Of a stretch of 20,000 nucleotides of DNA, positions 1 through 9,300 are shown one piece after another. The notes under the pieces were generated by a model that was not told the DNA's origin, made no database searches, and saw only the letters and a list, made by a program, of their open reading frames with translations. Every line of letters starts with the position of its first letter. The first letter of the stretch is position 1. This DNA comes from Paraglomus brasilianum (taxonomy: Eukaryota): the NCBI GenBank assembly GCA_910592345.1, contig CAJVPI010000048.1:47551-67550 (forward strand), written 5' to 3'. The translations under genes were made by a program, and so were the position numbers.

Positions 1-1
1 C

Positions 2-793
2 GAGTTCTTAGCGAAGAAAAAAATATGGAAAAAGTTTTTTACTAACGAAGATGAATATGCTGACTTTTTATTGAAGGATATAAAATTAGAATGAAAAATA
101 AGGAGAGAAAACCAAGAAGATGCACTTTGACGCCTCATAAACGATAATAAAATCGCCATGGAAGAGGCTAAACAAGAATTAATTCATTTAGAAAAAAATA
201 GCAATAAAGAAATAAGAAAAACATTTTTAAAGGGATTTGTTAGTGAAGAGGAAAAATCTTGGTGAATTAGAATGGAATAATCTTTAAAATTAGAAGTTTT
301 GCTCGCAATTTTATTTGCTTTAAGATTTAAAAAGCATATAAAAGTTAACCCAAGATTTTTAAGTGATAATAATACTGGGTTACCAATTCATCATGCTCCT
401 GCAAAGGAAAGTGACATAGAAATTAATTACAATAATGAGATGAATTTATTAGTAGAAGCTACATTGTTGAGAGACAAAGTAGGGCAGAAAAACAGTGAAA
501 CTAGTGCCATAATCAGACGTGCCCTAGATTTTCAAACTAAAACAAAATTAGTTACCTATGCTATTTTAGTAGCCCCTTATGTTCATAGGGATACATATTT
601 ATATTTCAAATGCTTGGTTCATAATGATATTGTTGATCTTGGAGAGTGTTATGCTTTTCCATTAAGTATAAAAAGGTTTTTGGAATATTTTGTAGACGAC
701 ACACAAAAGCCCTTTAAAGAGATATTAAAAGACAAGTTTGAGGCTTTTAAAAAGATTACTAAATTAGACGAGTTAGACAAATTTGTTAATTAG
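2..793 (+). pseudogene. AlwI-family (type IIS-like) restriction endonuclease, 3' part, interrupted by an in-frame TAA at 278-280; 5' end lies outside the window
   Basis: Frame 2 is open from base 2 (TGA=Trp at 92, 128, 263) to a single TAA at 278-280, then continues in the same frame to TAG at 793. The downstream part reads LKLEVLLAIL...VNP..LSDNNTGLPIHHAP...SDIE...LVEATL...Q..SE...IIR...ILVAPYVHRDT, which matches my recollection of the AlwI-family catalytic domain. Confidence 0.7.
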
Positions 794-869
794 CACAAGG
801 AGTGAGAAAGTGCTGCTCAAAACTTTTTACTTGTTAGGGATTATTAATAAAAATCTAGTATAGACTATT

Positions 870-1472
870 ATGCGCATTACCGATCCCATTTTTTTCATGG
901 TTAGTGCTGATAAGTTGGCTCCTAAATTGCTTGGTAAGATACTGGTTCGGGACATTAATGGCAAAACCATCAAAGTTAAAATCGTCGAAACCGAAGCCTA
1001 TATCGGAAAAATTGACCGAGCCTGTCATGCTCACTTAGAAAATAAATCAAGATGAAAATCTGCCGCCTTAAATAATCGTGGTGGCTGTGCTTACATTTAC
1101 CTTATTTATAATACTTATTACTGTTTCAATATCGCCTCTTCTGTGGCTGGCGACCCGCAAGGGGTACTGATTCGTGCTGCTGAACCTCTGGAAAGTCATA
1201 CTATTCCAGTCAGTTCCCACCAAGACGAAAGAAAAAAAATTCACTATTACACTAACGGACCAGGAAAATTATGCCGAGCACTTAATATTGATATCAGTCT
1301 CAACCATGTTGACTTAACCACTAGTGATTTAATTTACTTAGAAGACCAGCCCGAACTTAGCCAAGAGGAAATTATTATTACCAAAAGAGTAAATATTGAT
1401 TATGCGGGAGATGACAAAGACCGCCTGTGAAGATTTTATATTAAAGATAATCCTTTTGTTTCTCGAAAATAA
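870..1472 (+). CDS. mpg: 3-methyladenine DNA glycosylase (MPG/AAG family), 200 aa
   Basis: ORFs 870-1055 and 1143-1430 join through TGA=Trp and end at TAA 1470-1472. Motifs [40 protein letters not shown](L)WRFY...NPFVS. Confidence 0.95.
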
Positions 1473-1476
1473 AAAT

Positions 1477-1668
1477 ATGAAAATGTTTGAACTAATAAAA
1501 AAAATGATAACTAAATTTTATTTGCTGTCTCCTTGTCTTTATGCTTTTTTTAATTATTTTTTTGTCATTAATTCTGAACAAAGGTTCACTTTTATGGGTT
1601 GATGCTGATTAATAGTTTCAATAATATACTTTCTAATTGCCTTATATTTCACTGTTATAAATTGGTAA
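1477..1668 (+). CDS. Small membrane protein, 63 aa, about 2 TM segments
   Basis: ATG 4 nt after the mpg stop. Code-4 translation MKMFELIKKMITKFYLLSPCLYAFFNYFFVINSEQRFTFMGWCWLIVSIIYFLIALYFTVINW*. Similar to the 4799-5044 protein. Confidence 0.6.
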
Positions 1669-1716
1669 TCATTTTTTTTGTCTTTACAATAATTTCCAAA
1701 AAACTAATTAACTAGT

Positions 1717-4700
1717 ATGGAAAAAATTTTGCTCCCACATCTTAACACCCAAACTAATTCTAATCTCTCTTTTTCTTTTTTGACAATTCCTCAACTAGTT
1801 GACTGAGCCAGTGAGAACAAACTAAATTATTTGGCTATTGCTGATTATTATCCTTATGAAATTACTGATTTTTTTCAGGCTTGTAAAACCAAAAAAATTA
1901 AACCAATTTGGGGAGTAAAAATCTTTTTGCAAGAAAAACCTGAAGGGAAAAAATATTCTGCCACCATTTATCCCCAAAATAATAAAGGTTATAAAGAAAC
2001 TCTTCAAAAACTATTTTCTCCGGATGCTTCCAATGACCGAATTTTTTCCCTTGGCTACATTCTTTCTGGTCTAAGTAAAAATTGCTTGATTATCTTCGAA
2101 GCCCAAAGATTAGAAGAAATTAAATATTTTGCTTCTCAATGAATCTTAACTCGTTTTCCTCAGAAAGAAGTTAATTACGAAAATCTTTTTATCGGATTTA
2201 ATTTTTTTCTCCTTTCTCCCGCCCAATCTGTCCCACCAAATATTATTTCTTTACTTCTTCCTTTTTTTTCAATAAAATGTTTAACTCCCGAAGAAACAAA
2301 ATTATTATTCCTATGAAAAAAAACTAGTTTTAACCGCTATTTTTTTCCTGCTGACACCAGCGGCGAATTTCTTTCTTACTTAAATACTCATGATTACTTT
2401 TCTCATTGCACTGACGACAAAGACTTTTATCAATTATTACTTATTCAATGAAAAACTTTCTTCGCCAAAATCAAACTTAGTCCTTCCTTTCATGGGGAAA
2501 AAGTGAATGAAACTAAAAAGCAAAATTCTCTCCTGCTAAGGAGACAACAATTAAAAAGTAAATGTTGACAAAAATTGATAGCTTTAAAAAAAGAAAATGA
2601 GGAAACCTATCAGAAAACCCTCGAAAAAGAATTGGTTGTTATCGAGAAACTTAATTATGCCGACTATTTTTTAATATTTAGCGAGGTAGCAAATCATTTA
2701 AAAGAAGAAGGGATTATCGTGGGGCCAGGGCGAGGAAGTGCTGTTTCTTCATTGGTTGTTTACCTCTTAGGAATAACCAGTGTTGATCCTTTACAACATA
2801 AACTATTTTTTGAAAGGTTTTTAAATGAGAAAAGAAAAACTCTTCCCGATATTGACCTAGATGTCGAGGACCAGGAAGAAGTATTCAATTACTTGTGACA
2901 GAAATATCCAAAAAATCAGGCCGCCCGCATTATTACTAGGGAAAAAATTGGTTGAAAAACTTCTTTAAGGGAGGCTGGAAAGATTTTTAGAATTGAAGGA
3001 TTGGTCCTAAAAGAGATTATCTCGACAGCGGGGAAAAATCCTGATTTCAATAATTTAAAGTTGCAGAAATGACAAATTAGTTATCCAGCCTTTTTTGCCC
3101 TTGTTAAGAAAATTAGCACTTTGTATTATAATGTTGGAGTACATCCCGCGGGGGTTGTCATTGCTGAAAACTCCTTATTAGGTTTAGTTCCCTTGAAAAC
3201 TGAGAAAAGTTTTACATTAGCACTTTTTGAAGCAGAAAAACTTGGCTATTTAGGATTAAAAAAATATGACTTTTTAAGTTTAAAGGAGACTTTTAGTTTT
3301 ATTAATTTTGGTTTTATCCGCGAAGTAAGGGAATTTCTAAAACTTAATTTACCTAATTATCAAAGCATAAACCTCCAGGACAAAAAAACTTGAGAAACGT
3401 TTAGTAATTTTTTGTTAACTGGTGTTTTTCAGTTGGATACTATCTCTGCTCGAGAACTACTTTTTGCATTTTGCCCGAAATCCTTTTCGGAGTTAAATCT
3501 TTTCCTAGCTCTGAACCGCCCTGGTATTCCCCCAAGTATTAAAAAAGAGTTTATTAGAGGAAAAAAAAATAATGAAAAAGAAAGTTTGTTCGTGACACCT
3601 AAGATTAAGGAAATTTTAAACGAAACTTATGGGTTTATCATTTTTGAGGAACAGATAAGTCAAGTTATTGCGTTAGTTTATGATTGCTCATTTGCAGAAG
3701 CAGAAGTTAAAAGGAGGAATTTGCCAAAAAAACCTCTCGAAAAAGATTTCTTAATTCAGGCAAAAGCAAAAATGACCTTTTTGGAGGCTGAATTAATTTA
3801 TGCACAAGTTACTTCCATTGCTGGTTATACTTTCAATAAATCTCATGCAGTAGCTTATGGTTATTTGACTTATTACGCTGCTTATTTAAAAGCAAATTTC
3901 TTTCCAGAAATCATTGTTCACCTGCTGAATGAAAAAAAGGAAAAGGAATTGTCCTATCTCCAAGAAGCATTTTTTTACGGGTTTCAAATCAAAGGACCAG
4001 ACATTAATCATTCAGAAATAGAATGAATTAAGAAGGACAAAGAATTATTGATGGGATTTAGCAGTCTAAAAAATTACAAGAATGAATTCTTTCAAGGGAT
4101 AATTGAGGAAAGAAAAAAAGGAGGAATTTATAAAAATTGGGAAGATTTGATTGACCGAACAGCAAATTATTGAGAAAAAATAGAAAGTAATTCTTTTGAG
4201 TTATGAGTTAAAGGCGGTCTTTTTAGGAGTCTGGGAATAGATATTGAGAGTTTGCTAAATAACCAGGAAGCAATTTTTCGTTACCTGTCAATAAGAAAAA
4301 AACTTGCTCCAATTAACAATAATTTACTACCATTTTTAGATTTGCCAACCAACAAAATAGAAGCTAACAAAGCAATAATTAATCAAAGAGAGTTTGAAAG
4401 TTTAGGGTTATATATCAGTTATTTCTCTCATTGAAAAGAACTCACCCAAAAAGATTATAAAATTTGTTCTTTTTTAATAGTCTTTCAAAAACTTGAAGAA
4501 TATGAGAACAAGGAAAACTCCCTAAATGTCTATGCGGTTATTTATCAGTTAGAAAAGAAAGATGAAAATTCCTACGTCCTTTGACTACAAGATATTAGAA
4601 ATTCTTTTAAACTGAATATAAGTTCAGAGTTTTACTGAGAAAATAAAGAAAATTTGGTAATTCACAATGAATTATTATTTACTTTAAAAATTGGAGTAAA

Positions 4701-4761
4701 ACGAGGAAAAATTAACTCTTTAATTTGTGAAAATATTAGAAATCTGACAATGTTTAATTAA
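1717..4761 (+). CDS. dnaE: DNA polymerase III alpha subunit (DnaE), 1014 aa
   Basis: One uninterrupted frame under code 4 (ATG 1717, TAA 4759-4761). Motifs GPGRGSAVSSLVVYLLGIT.VDP, LFFERFLN, PDIDLD, GVHPAGVVI, KYDFL, GVFQL, LNRPG, ETYGFIIFEEQI, YTFNKSHAVAY, PDINHS. Confidence 0.97.
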
Positions 4762-4798
4762 AGAAAACTTATTTTCACCAAAATTATAAAATTATATT

Positions 4799-5044
4799 AT
4801 GCCAAATTGAATTAAACGAATAGAAGGAAAATTAATAAGTTTAGGAACATTTTTGAAAGCTTACATATATCCTCTTGCCACCTGCTTTTTTGCCATTCTT
4901 AATTATAGCAAAATGAACGAAATATTAACAAAAAATGGTCATCAGAATTGAGCACTTTTTAGTCTCATTTTGTCGGTGGTGTATATCTTATTTACCTTGG
5001 GTTTTGGTATCTATTGAATAATCCTAGCCATTAGAGGAAATTAA
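4799..5044 (+). CDS. Small membrane protein, 81 aa, about 2 TM segments
   Basis: Code-4 ORF missed by the track: MPNWIKRIEGKLISLGTFLKAYIYPLATCFFAILNYSKMNEILTKNGHQNWALFSLILSVVYILFTLGFGIYWIILAIRGN*. It fills the dnaE-rnhB gap, and its stop is 3 nt from the convergent rnhB stop. Confidence 0.7.
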
Positions 5045-5047
5045 GTC

Positions 5048-5707
5048 TTAACCAAACATTTTATATTTTTCTTTAAGTTTTTTTTTATCACAATCAGGTT
5101 TTAGTAAACTCTTTATGGGTTCATAAGTTTTGCGATGTAAATCGCATATCCCATGCTGAAAGATAGCACTTAAATGGGTGCCATTGGGGTAACCTTTATT
5201 ACCAAATCAGTCATAGAGAGGGTATTTTTTGTGCAGTTTTTGCATAATTGTATCACGGGTTACTTTGGCAATAATGGAAGCGGCAGCAATGTTGATAGAG
5301 CGACGATCTCCACCAATGATGCTTACGGTTTTAGTTTTTTCTACTACTATTTTTTCTTTTCCATCAACTAAGCATAAATCAGGTTTATTTTTTAAGTTTA
5401 AAATGGCTTCTGACATGGCCTCTTTGGTCGCACCAAGAGGATTTTTAATTTCCACCTCCCGAGCACTTTTAGCAATTACATTGTATTCTAAGGCTTCTTT
5501 TTTGACTATTCGAAAGGCTTTTTTTCTTTGGCTGGGACTAAGTATTTTTGAATCTTGAATTAGGGGATTTTGAAAACCAACTGGTAAGACGACGGCTGCC
5601 ACTATTATTGGTCCGGCTAAGGCTCCTCGCCCGGCTTCATCAACTCCGGCGATTATTGGATAATCCTTTCATAACCTTAACTCAAAATCTAAACTTTTTT
5701 TTGCCAT
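5048..5707 (-). CDS. rnhB: Ribonuclease HII, 219 aa
   Basis: ATG 5707, TAA 5050-5048. Motifs IAGVDEAGRGALAGP, DSK.LS, LVDG, GD..S.NIAAASIIAKVTRD, NKGY, LHRKTY. Confidence 0.97.
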
Positions 5708-5865
5708 TTTTTGACTTTCTACCGCTAAAATTTTTTAGTGTTAATTAATTTTTAGGCATAATAAAGAGTTAAAACTGCCATTACTATTTTTTTAGCAGTT
5801 ATTGGTTTTTCTTTCATGTTTTCATTAGATCTGGTGTAAAATTATACATAATTGCCAATTTTATT

Positions 5866-6097
5866 ATGTCTGTTGTTGATTTTTTAATTGTTTTTTCTTT
5901 ACTTGCTTTTAGTTTTGTTTTCTCGTTTTTTTGTTGATAATTGATTAGCAAGAACTTCTTTTGGAAAATTTTTTGGATTTAATTTACATCGCCTTTCTTT
6001 CCTCATTTCTTTTTTATTTTTCCTTGTCTTGTATCTTCTTATTTATTTTATTGTTCGCCTTATCATTCGTCAGTTTGAGAAGAAAAAGAAGAAGTAA
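5866..6097 (+). pseudogene. Small membrane protein gene, apparently frameshifted in a T7 run at 5926-5932 (or intact from TTG 5888)
   Basis: The ATG 5866 frame stops at TAA 5938 (MSVVDFLIVFSLLAFSFVFSFFCW*). Removing one T joins it to VDNWLARTSFGKFFGFNLHRLSFLISFLFFLVLYLLIYFIVRLIIRQFEKKKKK* (TAA 6095-6097). Confidence 0.45.
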
Positions 6098-6144
6098 TAT
6101 GATAATTGCCCTATCTGCCGAGGAGACTTCTAAAACTTTTTATT

Positions 6145-6354
6145 ATGGCAAGTAAACGATTAATTCTTTTATTTACTAAGTCGTTGATTGTTTCATTACT
6201 CATCCTTATTTTTTCTTATTTTGTTCTTAAAAAATATGGAAATCGCAGACAAAAATTCGGACGTCGTTTTGTTCCTCGTTTTTGGCGAATTTTTTTTGTT
6301 TCGCTCGCTTTCTTTCTTATCTCTTTGCTAGGAATAATCCTTGTTGTAGTTTAA
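6145..6354 (+). CDS. Small membrane protein, 69 aa, 2 TM segments with a basic loop
   Basis: MASKRLILLFTKSLIVSLLILIFSYFVLKKYGNRRQKFGRRFVPRFWRIFFVSLAFFLISLLGIILVVV*. Convergent with the giant gene and does not overlap it. Confidence 0.6.
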   Translation: MASKRLILLFTKSLIVSLLILIFSYFVLKKYGNRRQKFGRRFVPRFWRIFFVSLAFFLISLLGIILVVV

Positions 6355-6376
6355 GTCTCGACTTAACTTTTTTTAC

Positions 6377-9300
6377 TTATTTTTTCTTTCTCCTTAATTT
6401 TGTTAATAATCCTCCAATCGTCAATAAACTAGCAGCCAATAAAGTTATTCAGATTATTCTTTCTTTAGGTGGTTGCTGAATGGCTGGCAAGTGAGGCTGA
6501 GTAACTACTTGCTGGTTGCCAGAATTTTTTGAAATATGTTTTTGAATAAAGTTTTGCCGAGCAGTGGCTAGTTGCTGATAATTAGTGGCTTGTCTAATTT
6601 GCTCTCGGAAATGATTATCTAACTGATTAGGGAATAATTGTTCTAAACTTTGTAAATCAGTCTCTTTAATAACTGCTAAATCTTCACCAAAAGGAGTGTC
6701 GGGTCTTTCCGCCAATTGTTTTTGTAATTGAATGATAGTTGCTTGTGCGGCGGCTAATTCTTTTTTAACATTTTCGTCATTCAGTGGGTCCTTGTTGATT
6801 AATTCTCGAATGCGAGTTATTACTTGTTTCAAGGTTGGATTTTGTAAATCAAGTTTTAAGGTATTATTTAGCTCTTCAATTATTTGTTGTTCAATCTTTG
6901 TCAGACTATCTTTAGTGCCTTGGTGGGCCTCTTTTTCTTTGTCTAATTCATCCTTTAAATTATTGAGGTTTTCTTCGTATTTCTTTTGTTTATTTTGGTG
7001 GCTTGTTTTTTCTTTTTCAATTTCCTCTTTCAATTCCTTAATCTCTTTTTCTTGATCTTTAGTCTCTCACTTTTTATTCAATGAGTAGAGTCCAAGTAAA
7101 AAGGTTAGGGTATCTTCAACTCCTTCCCTAATTGTAGTTTTCTTAGTTTTTTTAAGTTTGTTTATTTCTGCTTTAATTTGCTGATTATTTTGAGTCTTTT
7201 TTTCTAATTCGCTTAAAACTTTTTCTAACTCTTGGTTAAGTTTTGCTTCTATTTCTTGTTTTTCTGTAGTTAGCACTTCTTTTTCCTGCATGAGGGAAGT
7301 TTTTTCAATTATTTCTTGTTCCAACTGGTCTTCTAAGTTATTTTTCATGTCAAGTAATGACTCATTTTTTTGAATTAATTCATTATTTTCTTCTCTTATT
7401 TTTTCTTGGGCTAATTTAACCTCTTTTAACTTGTTATCTTTATCTGCTAGTTTATCATTTAAGGAGGTGATGATGCTTTGATAACCTTCTCGAATTTTCT
7501 TTTCTAGTTCTCGCCCCTCTTTCTCTTGAAGTAGTTGATTTTGGAGTTTTTCTAAATCATTCTGGAATTGCTTTAATTGCCCGCTTTGACGCACTAAATT
7601 TTTATATTGTTCGCGGCTAATATTAGGTCGCGAGTCTCTTTCTCACTCCAATTGTTCGATTTGCTGGTCTTTTTCACTCAGGAAGGATTTGAGTTCACGA
7701 ATAGTAGCAATTTGTCGAATAATTTTCTGTTCTCTTCTTTCTTTTTTCTCCTTTTCTGATTTTTTGGCTCTCTCTTCAATTTCTAGTTTATTTTTTCATT
7801 CTTTTTCTAATTTAGCAATATCATCAGGAGATTTTCATCCTTGGTATTTATTATCTATTTGTTCTTGAGTTAAGCGATTTTGAAGTTCAATAATCTCAGT
7901 TTCTCAAGTAGCGAGGTTAGTATCATTAAGACCTAACCGTTTTTTTAATCTATTTTCTAAATCCCCTAACCCTGCCGCTGCATTTTTTCAATCCTGAACT
8001 TGTTGGAATCAATTATTTAAATTAGTAATACCCAATGCCTTCAATCCGTCTTGGTAATTTTTTACTTGCTCATTCGCATTATTCAAGTTTAGGTTTAAAC
8101 TATTATTTTTTTCTGTTAATTGCTGCTGGGCTTTTAGCAATTTCTCATTATCCGTCAATAACTGCTCCAAACTTTTTCCTTTCAAGTCTGGTAATTTAGT
8201 TAAGTCTCCTACTCCTAACTGGTTTTGGGCTGCGACAATGGTATCATTAGCATTAGTGAGTGCTGTTTCTATTTTTTTGTACTCAGCAGGATCAATCCAG
8301 TCTTTCCGGTAAGTATTAGGATCAACTCATCCTTCATATTGGTCCTCGGTATCCTTGATTGCCTTATCTAAGTCGGTTTGGCGATATTCTAAGCCAATCT
8401 TTTTGGCTTCGGCTTCCAAGTCCTGGGGATTAATTCATCCTTCTCATTTGTCTTTCTCCTTTTTTACAGCATTATCAATATCTTGTTGAGTAAAACCAAA
8501 ACCAGCCTTTTCAGCCTCTGGCTTTAATTGGTTTTTATCAGTCGGGTCAATATAACCATTATATTTATTAGCCTCTTGTTGACGGGCATTGTTAACCGCT
8601 TCTTCTTTTTCTTGTTGAGTTGGTCGTTCTAGTAAAGTTTGGAGTGTTTCACCTTCAGGTATTTGCGGAAGGGTAGTTAAGTTATCAGTCCGTAAATTTT
8701 GCCGACCTTGATTTCTTTCTTTTTCTGCCCCTTGAAGATTAGTTAGGTTATCATTCGTTAAATTATTATGATTACCTAAACCTAATTGTTGGGCTATTTT
8801 ATCTAACTGAGTATTTACTTCATTTTCTGTTTTTAATCCGGCTTGTTGACGGGCTTGTTCATTATTAGGGTTGATTCATCCCTGATAATCAGTGGCAGGA
8901 ACATAACCAACTCTTTTTAAAGTGTCTTGGTCATTGTCCGTAATGTTTTGGGGGTTGATTCAACCTTGGTAATTTTTTGGATCAACTAATCCATTATACT
9001 CATCTCTTACATTTTTTATGGCTTGGTCTAAATCCTCTTGACGATATTTTCAACCTGCTTCTTTGGCTTTTTGCTCCAAGTCTTTAGGGTCAATAAGATT
9101 TTTTGATTTTTCTTGTTCTTTAGTTAATTCGGCTAAGTAAGCATCGCGGTCTTTTTCGGCTTGGTCTAATCTAGTTTTGGTTGTGGCTGCATCATCAGAA
9201 AAAATATCAGTTCAAGTTTTTAATTGGTCTTCTAGTTGCTGGTGGGCAATTTTTGCTTCTTGGGCCGTGCTATTAGGAAACTGGCTAGTTCAGTCGGCCA

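Noticed and set aside
792..814. AGCAC...GTGCT inverted repeat after the endonuclease stop
   Set aside because: Only a 5-bp stem with a 13-nt loop and no adjacent U tract.
1717..4761. dnaE, mpg and mutM appearing as fragmented pseudogenes, or dnaE as split or intein-containing
   Set aside because: All breaks are in-frame TGA, lengths are normal under code 4, and no intein motifs are seen.
5174..5748. Plus-strand ORFs 5174-5371, 5229-5558 and 5548-5748
   Set aside because: Antisense shadows of rnhB.
5752..5817. Minus-strand 21-aa ORF MKEKPITAKKIVMAVLTLYYA upstream of rnhB
   Set aside because: Too short to support; possibly a remnant.
5961..6155. Track ORF 5961-6155
   Set aside because: Overlaps the better-supported frame ending at 6097 and the start of the 6145 gene; TTG start just after a TAG.
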